Assembly: GCA_009711765.1 (NCBI GenBank)
Contig: VEND01000051.1
Coordinates: 3,972-67,971, forward strand
DNA length: 64,000 nucleotides
Source: Bacillota bacterium
Lineage (GTDB): Bacteria > Bacillota > Clostridia > Tissierellales > MES13
Direction of reading: 5' to 3'
This document shows, piece by piece, positions 10,081 through 18,283 of this stretch (within the stretch, counting starts at the first letter, position 1; every line of letters starts with the position of its first letter). Below the pieces are notes generated by a model that had not been told where the DNA came from, made no database searches, and saw only the letters and a program-made list of their open reading frames with translations. The position numbers and the translations under genes are program-made.

Positions 10081-10977
10081 TTGAATATTGAAAGCTTTGA
10101 ATATTTTCACAAAGTGGCTATGGCTAAGAGTATCTCAAAGGTTGCAGTTAATAATCATATTTCACAGCCCGCTCTTAGTCAACAGATTCAAAAACTTGAA
10201 GAAAACCTAGGATATAAACTATTAATAAGAAGTAATAAAGGTGTAGAGTTAACACAAAAGGGTTTAATAGTTTTAAAATATGCAGATAATCTTGTAAGAA
10301 CCTATGAAGCTATGATGGAACAATTAGAAGAAGATACAAAGAATGGTGAAACTATTAAAATTGAAGCATGTTGGCCAATAGCTACCTATGCATTTCCATG
10401 TGTATTATGTAAAGTAAAGAAAAGATTTCCTCATCACAACTATGAATTGATATCTAATTCATATCAAGTAATAGAAGAGAATATTTTAAATAATATCACC
10501 GATATAGGAGTTATTTATGGAAAACCAAATGATGAATCTTTAACTCATTATAAAATAGGTACGGACAACCTTGTTTTAGTAGCATCTAATGATTATGATA
10601 TAGATAATGAAGTAGACTTTGAAGACTTGTTAAAACATCCAATTGTTTTATTAAATGATAATCTTAATATTGAAAAAGTTTTAATAGAAAGAATTAAAAA
10701 ATTAGGTTATAGTTCTGATGAATTAAATATTCTTTATAAGAGTGATTCAACAGAATCAGTGAAATCCTCTATTTTTAAAGGATATGGAATTGCCTTTCTT
10801 CCATACATCTCAATTAAGAAAGAATTATATGAAAAGCGGTTAAAGCTTATAAATATATCAGATTTTTCTATTAAGTATAATATGTATTTGATAAATGAAA
10901 AAAATACAGAAATAAGCAAGTCTGTAAGTGAATTTATAGAGTATTGTAAAGAAGTAGGAAAAGAAAGTTTATGCTAA
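10081..10977 (+). CDS. LysR family transcriptional regulator
   Basis: N-terminal wHTH (ISKVAVNNHISQPALSQQIQKLEENLGYKLLIR) followed by a LysR substrate-binding fold. Start placed at TTG 10081 behind AAGGGAGG. Divergent from the tusA-yeeE locus. Confidence 0.85.
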   Translation: MNIESFEYFHKVAMAKSISKVAVNNHISQPALSQQIQKLEENLGYKLLIRSNKGVELTQKGLIVLKYADNLVRTYEAMMEQLEEDTKNGETIKIEACWPIATYAFPCVLCKVKKRFPHHNYELISNSYQVIEENILNNITDIGVIYGKPNDESLTHYKIGTDNLVLVASNDYDIDNEVDFEDLLKHPIVLLNDNLNIEKVLIERIKKLGYSSDELNILYKSDSTESVKSSIFKGYGIAFLPYISIKKELYEKRLKLINISDFSIKYNMYLINEKNTEISKSVSEFIEYCKEVGKESLC

Positions 10978-11008
10978 AATATTCTTAATTACAAATAAAA
11001 GCGAAAAG

Positions 11009-11028
11009 CCCACTGCTTTAGCTGTGGG
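11009..11028 (+). repeat. IS left-end subterminal hairpin
   Basis: cccactgc-ttta-gctgtggg: 7 bp plus one T-T mismatch, preceded by AAAG. Confidence 0.65.
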
Positions 11029-11057
11029 ATGGATAGCGTATAAATAAAAATGATTCT

Positions 11058-11094
11058 TAAATGTGTATGTTTATAGTATAAACATACACATTTA
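11058..11094 (+). promoter_or_regulatory. 37-nt perfect palindrome inside the IS left end (read-through terminator or operator candidate)
   Basis: taaatgtgtatgtttata-g-tataaacatacacattta has perfect 18-nt arms. It is immediately followed by TGTTATAAT (11096-11104), and the tnpA ATG is at 11111. Confidence 0.5.
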
Positions 11095-11110
11095 ATGTTA
11101 TAATAATTAT

Positions 11111-11512
11111 ATGGAAAATAAATATAGAAAAACAAAAACAACTGTATCATTTATTAATTATCATTTTGTATTTTGCCCAAGATATAGAAGAAAAATATTT
11201 TTAATCCCTAACATGGAAGAACGATTTAAACATTTAGTTAAACATATATGTAAGGAGATGAATATTGAAATTATTGCTATAGAATGTGATAAAGACCATA
11301 CCCATATATTTTTAAATTGTCTTCCCACTTTAAGTCCTTCTAAAATAATGCATAAAATAAAAGGCACAACAAGTAGAATTTTAAGGGAAGAATTTAAAGA
11401 ATTAAATAAAATGCCTAGCCTATGGACTAGAAGTTATTTTATATCAACCGCTTTAAATGTATCAAGTAAAACAATAAAAGAATATGTAGAAAGTCAAAAA
11501 AAGAGATATTAG
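11111..11512 (+). CDS. tnpA: IS200/IS605 family Y1 (HUH) transposase TnpA
   Basis: 133 aa. HUH motif (DKDHTHIFL), catalytic Tyr region (WTRSYFISTA), YHFVFCPRYRRKIF N-terminus. Confidence 0.9.
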   Translation: MENKYRKTKTTVSFINYHFVFCPRYRRKIFLIPNMEERFKHLVKHICKEMNIEIIAIECDKDHTHIFLNCLPTLSPSKIMHKIKGTTSRILREEFKELNKMPSLWTRSYFISTALNVSSKTIKEYVESQKKRY

Positions 11513-11520
11513 AAAGTGGG

Positions 11521-12981
11521 ATGAATACTTTGTTAAATTTCATTTTGACTCTTAAGTTAGATACAGAAAAATATCAAGAAGATATATTAGTCAAAAGACT
11601 TGAAATAAGTAGAAATATTTATAATGGATGCTTAGGTGAGTTATATAAAAGATATAATCATATGAAAGACTCTAAGAAATATCAAAAGATAGTAAAGCTT
11701 TCTAAGGGAAAAGAAAGAAATAAAAAATTTAGAGAATTGAATAAAAAATATGGCTTAACAGAGTATTCACTTCATGAATATGTTAAAGGAATGCAAAAGC
11801 ATTTTAAGAAAAATATAGATAGTTTTACAGCTCAAAAGATAGCGACAAGGAGTTTCATTGCCTTTAAAAAATTAATGTTTCATCAAGCTAATAAAGTTTA
11901 TTTTAAAAAATATGGTGAAATGAATAGTGTTGAAGGAAAATCAAACAAAACTGGAATTAGATTTAAGGATAATAAATTAATTTGGAATAAGTTAAAAATA
12001 CCTGTAATAATAAAGAAAAATGATGAATATGCACATATGGCTTTAGAAAATAAAATTAAATATTGTAGAATAGTTAGAAAATTTATTCGTGGCAAATATA
12101 AGTTTTATATTCAACTTATATTAGATGGGATACCGCCTATTAAAATAAATAAAAAAACTGGTGAAATTAAAAATAGTATAAGTAGGGGCGATGTAGGTAT
12201 TGACATAGGCACTCAAACTATTGCTATATCAAGCCAGTATGATGTTAAGCTATTAGAGCTAGCGCCTGAAGTTAAAATAATAGAAAAAGAAAGACGAAAA
12301 TTATTAAGAAAGCTAGACAGGCAAAGAAGAAGTAATAATCCTAACAATTATAATAAAGATGGGACGATAAGAAAAGGAGTTAAATTAAGGTGGAATAACT
12401 CTAATAGATATATAAAGACTAAAAATAGATTAAAAGAAGTACAAAGAAAGCAGGCTGTAATAAGAAAACAATCCCATGAAAAACTGGCTAATTATATACT
12501 TAGTTTAGGAAATAGGTTTTTAGTTGAAAATATGAATTATAAAGGACTACAAGCAAAAGCGAAAAAAACAACTATCAATGAAAAAACTATGAAATACAAT
12601 AAAAAGAAAAGGTTTGGTAAATCACTAGCAAATAAAGCACCAGCGATGTTTTTAACTATACTAGATAATAAATTAAAATGGCATGATAAAAATCTTTTAG
12701 AAATAGATACTTATAAAGTTAAAGCATCACAGTATAATCATATTGAAAATAAATATATAAAAAAGAAAATAAGCGATAGATGGAATGACTTTGGAGAACT
12801 TAAAATACAGCGGGACCTATATAGTGCATTTATAATTCAAAATGTAATTGGTAAAAATTTAAATAAGATAGATAGAGAAAAAATGATAAATACATTTGAT
12901 AATTTTAAAAAGCTCCATGATAAAGAAATAGAAAGAGTTAAAAATAGTAAAAGTAAACTGATAGCTAGTATGGGAATATAA
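11521..12981 (+). CDS. tnpB: TnpB (IS605 OrfB) RNA-guided endonuclease homologue, atypical: no zinc-finger cysteines
   Basis: RuvC-I GDVGIDIG (D228), RuvC-II FLVENMNYKGL (E336), RuvC-III QRDLYSAFII (D432). The N-terminal L.L.....Q...L......R.IYN pattern is present. The segment between SQ (403-404) and RD (431-432) has no Cys. Confidence 0.85.
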   Translation: MNTLLNFILTLKLDTEKYQEDILVKRLEISRNIYNGCLGELYKRYNHMKDSKKYQKIVKLSKGKERNKKFRELNKKYGLTEYSLHEYVKGMQKHFKKNIDSFTAQKIATRSFIAFKKLMFHQANKVYFKKYGEMNSVEGKSNKTGIRFKDNKLIWNKLKIPVIIKKNDEYAHMALENKIKYCRIVRKFIRGKYKFYIQLILDGIPPIKINKKTGEIKNSISRGDVGIDIGTQTIAISSQYDVKLLELAPEVKIIEKERRKLLRKLDRQRRSNNPNNYNKDGTIRKGVKLRWNNSNRYIKTKNRLKEVQRKQAVIRKQSHEKLANYILSLGNRFLVENMNYKGLQAKAKKTTINEKTMKYNKKKRFGKSLANKAPAMFLTILDNKLKWHDKNLLEIDTYKVKASQYNHIENKYIKKKISDRWNDFGELKIQRDLYSAFIIQNVIGKNLNKIDREKMINTFDNFKKLHDKEIERVKNSKSKLIASMGI

Positions 12982-13196
12982 TTTTAAGTATAAAAGGTTT
13001 TGACACGAGCCTAAAATATCGTTAAAGTAATTCAATAGAATATGCTTTGATAGTGAAAGTTTTAGGGAAATTAATTAGTATTTATATGTTGTAGATATAA
13101 GAAATGCAAGCCTTATATTGAGAGTATAAAAGAAGTTAATGCACCTAAGAACCCCTTGCCTTTAGGCATGGGAGTGTCAGTGGGACAATCTAATAT
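12982..13196 (+). ncRNA. Candidate omega-RNA (reRNA) scaffold plus about 16 nt flank-derived guide
   Basis: Position only. In IS200/IS605 elements the TnpB guide RNA spans the tnpB 3' end and RE and reads out of the element. This interval contains the RE hairpin and the boundary at 13180. The 5' end is unknown and may lie inside tnpB. Confidence 0.35.
13153..13172 (+). repeat. IS right-end subterminal hairpin
   Basis: cccttgcc-ttta-ggcatggg has the same architecture as the LE hairpin (TTTA loop, T-T mismatch). It is preceded by GAAC. Confidence 0.65.
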
Positions 13197-13206
13197 TTAA
13201 AAAACT

Positions 13207-13282
13207 AAGAACTTCAAATGTATATCTGTGAAAAGTTATCATCATACTATATTTCCAGATTTCATAATTTGAAGTTCTTTTT
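13207..13282 (+). terminator. Extended hairpin plus T-run, probably the original LysR-gene terminator displaced by the IS
   Basis: A 13-bp outer stem (aagaacttcaaat / atttgaagttctt) encloses an inner imperfect stem (atctgtgaaa / tttccagat) and is followed by TTTT. Confidence 0.45.
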
Positions 13283-13382
13283 ATATTTAAATTTTAAGGG
13301 CTTACATTAATTAAGTAAACATGATATTATAATCTATGTTAAAATGTCATAGAAATAGTTTAAAAAATATGGAGATGTTTAA

Positions 13383-14369
13383 ATGGATAGATATCTAATT
13401 ACTGGTGGAGCAGGATTTATAGGTTCAAACTTTATAAAATATTTATTTGAAAATAATAAGGATATAAAAGTTATAAATGTGGATAAATTGACTTATGCTG
13501 GGAACTTAAAAAATCTTCAATGTATAAAGAATAATGATAACTATACCTTCATTCAAGAAGACATATGTAATAGGAATAGTTTAGAAGAGATTTTTAAGTT
13601 TTATAAGCCAAATTATATTATAAATTTTGCTGCAGAATCCCATGTGGATAGAAGTATTGAAAGTAGTGAAAAGTTTATAAAAACGAATGTATTAGGTACG
13701 CAGGTACTGTTAGAATGTTCATTAAAAAGTAAAATAAAAAAATTCATACAGATTTCAACAGATGAGGTATATGGCTCTTTAGAGTCAGGATTTTCTACAG
13801 AAGAATCTCTTTTAAGACCTAAAAATCCCTATGCTGCTAGTAAAGCTTCAGCGGATTTATTAGTGCAATCCTTTTATAATACCTATGGATTACCTATTAT
13901 AATAACCCGTTCTAGTAATAACTATGGACCACATCAGCATAATGAAAAACTAATACCAAAGATTATTACTAACTGTTTAGATAGGAGAAAAGTACCTATT
14001 TATGGACGAGGGACAAATGTTAGGGATTGGATTTATGTACTAGATAATTGCGATGCTATAAAAAAAGTATTAAATAAAGGCTCTATCGGTGAAATTTATA
14101 ATATAAGTAGTAACATAGAAAAAAGAAATATTGACCTAGTTAAGATAATTATAAAAAAAATAAAGGAAGTATTACAAAATAAAGGTATTAATACAGAGGG
14201 CATTAATGAAGATTTAATTAAGTATGTAACAGATAGAAAAGGACATGATAAAAGATATGGTATTAATGCTACTAAGTTAAAAGAGACACTTAATTGGAAT
14301 ATAACTACTCAGTTAGAAAGTGGATTAGAAAAAACAATTAATTGGTATATAGATAATAATTTATATTAG
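13383..14369 (+). CDS. rfbB: dTDP-glucose 4,6-dehydratase
   Basis: TGGAGFIGSNF Rossmann motif, STDEVYG and YAASKA catalytic motifs, HDKRYGI near the C-terminus. Confidence 0.9.
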   Translation: MDRYLITGGAGFIGSNFIKYLFENNKDIKVINVDKLTYAGNLKNLQCIKNNDNYTFIQEDICNRNSLEEIFKFYKPNYIINFAAESHVDRSIESSEKFIKTNVLGTQVLLECSLKSKIKKFIQISTDEVYGSLESGFSTEESLLRPKNPYAASKASADLLVQSFYNTYGLPIIITRSSNNYGPHQHNEKLIPKIITNCLDRRKVPIYGRGTNVRDWIYVLDNCDAIKKVLNKGSIGEIYNISSNIEKRNIDLVKIIIKKIKEVLQNKGINTEGINEDLIKYVTDRKGHDKRYGINATKLKETLNWNITTQLESGLEKTINWYIDNNLY

Positions 14370-14394
14370 AAATAGGCTTTAGGAGGTAAAGTTT

Positions 14395-15147
14395 ATGAAG
14401 GGTATTATTTTAGCAGGTGGTAAAGGAACAAGATTATTTCCCTTAACTAAAAGTATAAATAAGCATCTTTTACCTGTGGGAAGGGAGCCTATGATATATA
14501 ATCCTATAAAGCAGTTAATATCAGCAGATATAAAGGATATTTTGATAATAACAAGTAGAGAAGATATGGGGGATATAGTTAATCTTTTAGGAAGTGGTAA
14601 AGATTTTAGTTGTAACTTTACCTATAAAGTACAAGAAAAACCAAAGGGTATAGCAGATGCACTTTTATTAGCAGAAGACTTCGCATCGGGTGAATTAATA
14701 ACTGTAATATTAGGAGATAATATATTAACTAAAAGTATTAAACCCTTTGTAGAAAAATTTAAAAAACAAAATGAAGGCGCTAAAGTTTTATTAAAAGAAG
14801 TTAAAAGTCCCCATCATTTTGGTATAGCTAGCTTTAATAATAAAAAATTAAGTAATATTAAAGAAAAACCGACACAACCCCAAAGTAATTATGCTGTTAC
14901 TGGGATATATATGTATGATTGTAATGTTTTTGACATCATAAGGGATACTCCCATTGGGCCTAAAGGGGAGTATGAAATAACCTGTATTAATAATTTTTAT
15001 ATTGATAAAGATAAATTAACTTATGATATTTTAGATTGTGATTGGACAGATGCAGGAACTATAAAATCTTATAGATTAGCAAATAACATGTTATATAGAA
15101 TAAATAATAAAATTATCGATGGTGATTATGATGAAAATTCCATTTAA
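14395..15147 (+). CDS. Glucose-1-phosphate thymidylyl/nucleotidyltransferase, short (SpsI-like) form
   Basis: MKGIILAGGKGTRLFPLT..K.LLPV...PMIY N-terminus as in RmlA, but about 250 aa long. Confidence 0.75.
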   Translation: MKGIILAGGKGTRLFPLTKSINKHLLPVGREPMIYNPIKQLISADIKDILIITSREDMGDIVNLLGSGKDFSCNFTYKVQEKPKGIADALLLAEDFASGELITVILGDNILTKSIKPFVEKFKKQNEGAKVLLKEVKSPHHFGIASFNNKKLSNIKEKPTQPQSNYAVTGIYMYDCNVFDIIRDTPIGPKGEYEITCINNFYIDKDKLTYDILDCDWTDAGTIKSYRLANNMLYRINNKIIDGDYDENSI

Positions 15148-16276
15148 TAAAATCTATTTGACTGGAAATGAAATAAATTTAATAGAAAAAGCTTTTAGTA
15201 TGGAAAGTGTTAGTGGAGATGGATTCTTTACATCTAAAGTTACTTCCTTGATTGAAGAAAAATTTTCTATACCAAAGGCTTTTATGATGACTTCTGCTAC
15301 CCATGCATTAGATATGGCTATGATGCTTATTGATTTAGGACCTAAAGATGAAGTAATAATGCCTTCATTTACTTTTCCATCCACAGCAAATTCAGTAATA
15401 CTACAGGGAGCTAAGCCAGTATTTGCTGAGATATTACCAACTACCCTAAATATTGACCCAGGTGACATAGAAAGAAAGATAACTAAAAACACTAAGGCCA
15501 TAGTTCCAGTTCATTATGGTGGCATTGGGTGTGAGATGGATAGGATTATAGATATTTCTAAAAGATATAATATTTACATAATTGAAGATGCAGCCCAAGG
15601 TGTTAATGCTAAATATAAAGATAAATTTTTAGGAGCCTGGGGGCATTTAGCTTGTTATAGTTTCCATGGAACTAAAAATTATATAAGCGGTGAAGGTGGC
15701 GCCCTTTTAATTAATTCTAAAGATAAAGAATTAATTGAAAGGGCTGAGATTATAAGACAAAAGGGAACAAATAGAAGTAAGTTTTTAAAAGGGAAAGTAG
15801 ATAAATATTCTTGGGTGGATAAGGGTTCAAGCTATACACCTTCAGATATTTTAATGGCAGTATTATATGGACAACTAAAGCATTTAGATATCATAAAGAA
15901 AAAAAGAGAAAATATAGTTAAACATTATATTAAAGGTTTACATAAATATTTAGAATCTGGAGTTTTAAATGGGATGACATCATTAGAAGATAATAGAGAT
16001 TCTAACTATCATCTTTTTTATATTCTTTTAGATAATGAAACTATAAGAAATGAAGTAATATATAAGTTAAAAAAATGTGGTATTTATGCCCGAACTCATT
16101 TTGAGCCATTACACAGTTCCTTAAAGGGACAAACTTTAGGATATAATCTAGGGGATTTTAAAGTAACAGAAAAAGTGGGAAAAACACTTCTAAGACTTCC
16201 TTTATATACAGATATGACCATAGAAGAAGTAAATTATGTTATATATCATTTAGATAAAATATTAAAGGAGCTTTAA
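15131..16276 (+). CDS. DegT/WecE-type PLP aminotransferase, probable dTDP-4-amino-4,6-dideoxyhexose (Fuc4N-type) transaminase
   Basis: IPFN..LTG.E, SGDGFFT, EVIMPSFTF.STAN, VPVHYGG..CEMD, EDAAQGV, SFHGTKNY (Schiff-base Lys) and QKGTNRS..L.GKVDKYSW.D.GSSY collinear with WecE as I recall it. Start is ATG 15128 or 15131. Confidence 0.85.
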   Translation: MKIPFNKIYLTGNEINLIEKAFSMESVSGDGFFTSKVTSLIEEKFSIPKAFMMTSATHALDMAMMLIDLGPKDEVIMPSFTFPSTANSVILQGAKPVFAEILPTTLNIDPGDIERKITKNTKAIVPVHYGGIGCEMDRIIDISKRYNIYIIEDAAQGVNAKYKDKFLGAWGHLACYSFHGTKNYISGEGGALLINSKDKELIERAEIIRQKGTNRSKFLKGKVDKYSWVDKGSSYTPSDILMAVLYGQLKHLDIIKKKRENIVKHYIKGLHKYLESGVLNGMTSLEDNRDSNYHLFYILLDNETIRNEVIYKLKKCGIYARTHFEPLHSSLKGQTLGYNLGDFKVTEKVGKTLLRLPLYTDMTIEEVNYVIYHLDKILKEL

Positions 16277-16278
16277 AT

Positions 16279-17016
16279 ATGTGGAGTAGTGGGTCTATAG
16301 TAATTCCAGTTTATAATAGTATAGATTCTTTAGAAGAACTATATAAAGGGTTATCTAAGGTTTTAAAGGATATTTTTATTGAGTATGAGATTATTTTAGT
16401 AGATGATTGTAGTAGCGATAATAGTTTTTTAAAGATGAAAGAGATGTATAATAAATATGAAAACCTTAAGATTATAAGTCTTAAGGATAACTTTGGTCAA
16501 CAGAATGCAATAAAATGTGGATTTGAGTTTGCAACTAAGGAATTTATAATTACTATGGATGATGATTTGCAACATCAACCTAAAGATATAATAAAAATTA
16601 TGAAAAAGATAAATGAAGGCTATGATGTAGTCTATGGTATAGCACAAAAAAAGGAGCATAATCTTATTAGAAATATTGGTTCAAAGATGACTAATTTTCT
16701 TTTTAATGTTATTTGTCATAAACCTAAGGATATAAGGGTAAGTAGCTTCCGATGTATTAAAAAGAACATACTAGAAGAAGTTAAAAAGGATAGAACAACC
16801 TTTGTATATATAACTGCTATAACACTTAAAATAACTACAAATATTGGAAATGTATATGTTGATCATAGAAAAAGAAAATATGGTAGGTCTAATTATAATT
16901 ATCTAAAATTAATGGGGTTATTTTTAAAATTATATGTTTATTATTCAGATTCTAAATTTATTAATAAATTTTTAAAAAATAAGCCTCAATTCGAAATATC
17001 TGAAATTTATATTTAA
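16279..17016 (+). CDS. GT2 polyprenyl-phosphate glycosyltransferase (ArnC/GtrB/DPM1-like), without the C-terminal TM pair
   Basis: IVIPVYN, LVDDCSSD, DDDLQHQP and RKYGRSNY signatures of the ArnC/GtrB/DPM1 clade. Only 245 aa. Confidence 0.8.
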   Translation: MWSSGSIVIPVYNSIDSLEELYKGLSKVLKDIFIEYEIILVDDCSSDNSFLKMKEMYNKYENLKIISLKDNFGQQNAIKCGFEFATKEFIITMDDDLQHQPKDIIKIMKKINEGYDVVYGIAQKKEHNLIRNIGSKMTNFLFNVICHKPKDIRVSSFRCIKKNILEEVKKDRTTFVYITAITLKITTNIGNVYVDHRKRKYGRSNYNYLKLMGLFLKLYVYYSDSKFINKFLKNKPQFEISEIYI

Positions 17017-17028
17017 GGAGGTTAGAAA

Positions 17029-18267
17029 ATGAAGCTTTTAATATTAGGTGGTGGAAGTAGCCAGATTAACGCTATAAAACGTGGGAATGAAAAAGGAATT
17101 ACTACAATTGTTTCAGATTATTATAAAGATCCCCCTGGGAAAAAAATCAGTGATTTTGGGGAGTTAGTTAGTACATTTGATGTGGAAGGTAATATAAAAG
17201 TAGCTAAAAAACATGATATTGATGGTATTATGACTTTAGGTACCGACCAACCAATTTATACAACAGCTAAAGTTGCTAATAAGCTAGAACTACCTTCATT
17301 TTTGAATGTAGATACTGCAAAGGCAGTAACAAATAAAAAAGTTATGAAAAAAATTTTTAAAGAAAATAAAATACCAACGGTTAACTACGCTCTTATTAAT
17401 AAAAATTTCAAAGAAGAAGAATTAAAAAATCTTAAGTTTCCAGTTGTTATGAAACCTATTGACAGTCAAGGACAAAGAGGAATTTATAAGTTAAATTCCA
17501 TAGATGATATAAAGGAAAAGATTAAAGATACATTAAGTTATTCTAGAGAGGACATAGCTTTAGTTGAAGAATATTATGAAAGTGAAGAGATTACTGTTAG
17601 TGGTTGGGTACATGGGGGAAAAACTCACATAATATTAGTTACAGATAGAGTAACCTTTAGTAAGAATAAGCACATTGGTATATGTTTAGCCCACGATTTT
17701 CCTTCTAAGCATTTAGATGATTATCATAAAGACATAGAAAAGATAACAAAAAAAATAGTTAAAGCCTTTAAAATAAAAGAGGGGCCTATTTATTTTCAAA
17801 TGTTGATTGGAAAGAAGGGTATTAAGGTTAATGAAGTCGCTTGTAGAATCGGTGGAGCTTATGAAGATGAGTTAATTCCTTTATTAACAGGAATAGATAT
17901 ATTAGATATGGTAATAGATTATTCCTTAGGAAAAGAGATAGATTATACTGAGCTTGAAAGATATGATTTATTAAAAAATAATAAAAAAGCATCTGTTCAG
18001 TTGTTTTTTTCAAGACCAGGAAAAATTAAATCTTTAAGTAATTTAAAAGAAATTAAGAGTTTACCAGGCGTAATAGAGGCTAAATTTAATTTTAAAGTTG
18101 GAGATGAATTAAAGAAAATTGTAAATGCCACTGCTAGAGCAGGATATATGATTATTTTAGGGAAAAATAAAAAATCCCTTGCAAGAAATATAAATAGAGC
18201 CTTTGAAAATTTGAAAATGTATGATTATAATGATAATAATCTTGTAATACAGTATAAAATATATTAA
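17029..18267 (+). CDS. ATP-grasp domain ligase of unknown substrate
   Basis: PreATP-grasp N-terminus (LLILGGGSSQ), FPVVMKP.DSQGQRGI, EEY..SEEITV and NEVACRIGG motifs arranged as in the ATP-grasp fold. Confidence 0.75.
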   Translation: MKLLILGGGSSQINAIKRGNEKGITTIVSDYYKDPPGKKISDFGELVSTFDVEGNIKVAKKHDIDGIMTLGTDQPIYTTAKVANKLELPSFLNVDTAKAVTNKKVMKKIFKENKIPTVNYALINKNFKEEELKNLKFPVVMKPIDSQGQRGIYKLNSIDDIKEKIKDTLSYSREDIALVEEYYESEEITVSGWVHGGKTHIILVTDRVTFSKNKHIGICLAHDFPSKHLDDYHKDIEKITKKIVKAFKIKEGPIYFQMLIGKKGIKVNEVACRIGGAYEDELIPLLTGIDILDMVIDYSLGKEIDYTELERYDLLKNNKKASVQLFFSRPGKIKSLSNLKEIKSLPGVIEAKFNFKVGDELKKIVNATARAGYMIILGKNKKSLARNINRAFENLKMYDYNDNNLVIQYKIY

Positions 18268-18283
18268 ATAGGAGGATGTCACT

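Larger units (their letters stand above)
10993..13180 (+). mobile_element. Complete IS200/IS605-family insertion sequence (tnpA + tnpB, IS608-like ends)
   Basis: Y1 transposase plus TnpB, bracketed by two similar imperfect subterminal hairpins, each with a TTTA loop and a T-T mismatch. TTAC lies directly 5' of the proposed left boundary. The proposed right boundary follows TCAG, 8 nt after the RE hairpin. Confidence 0.7.

Noticed and set aside
18268-18283. Looked for a TPP riboswitch or other leader in front of the NMT1/THI5-like ABC importer (ThiXYZ-type systems have one).
   Set aside because: Only 16 nt separate it from the ATP-grasp gene, so there is no space for a riboswitch and no TPP-box-like sequence.
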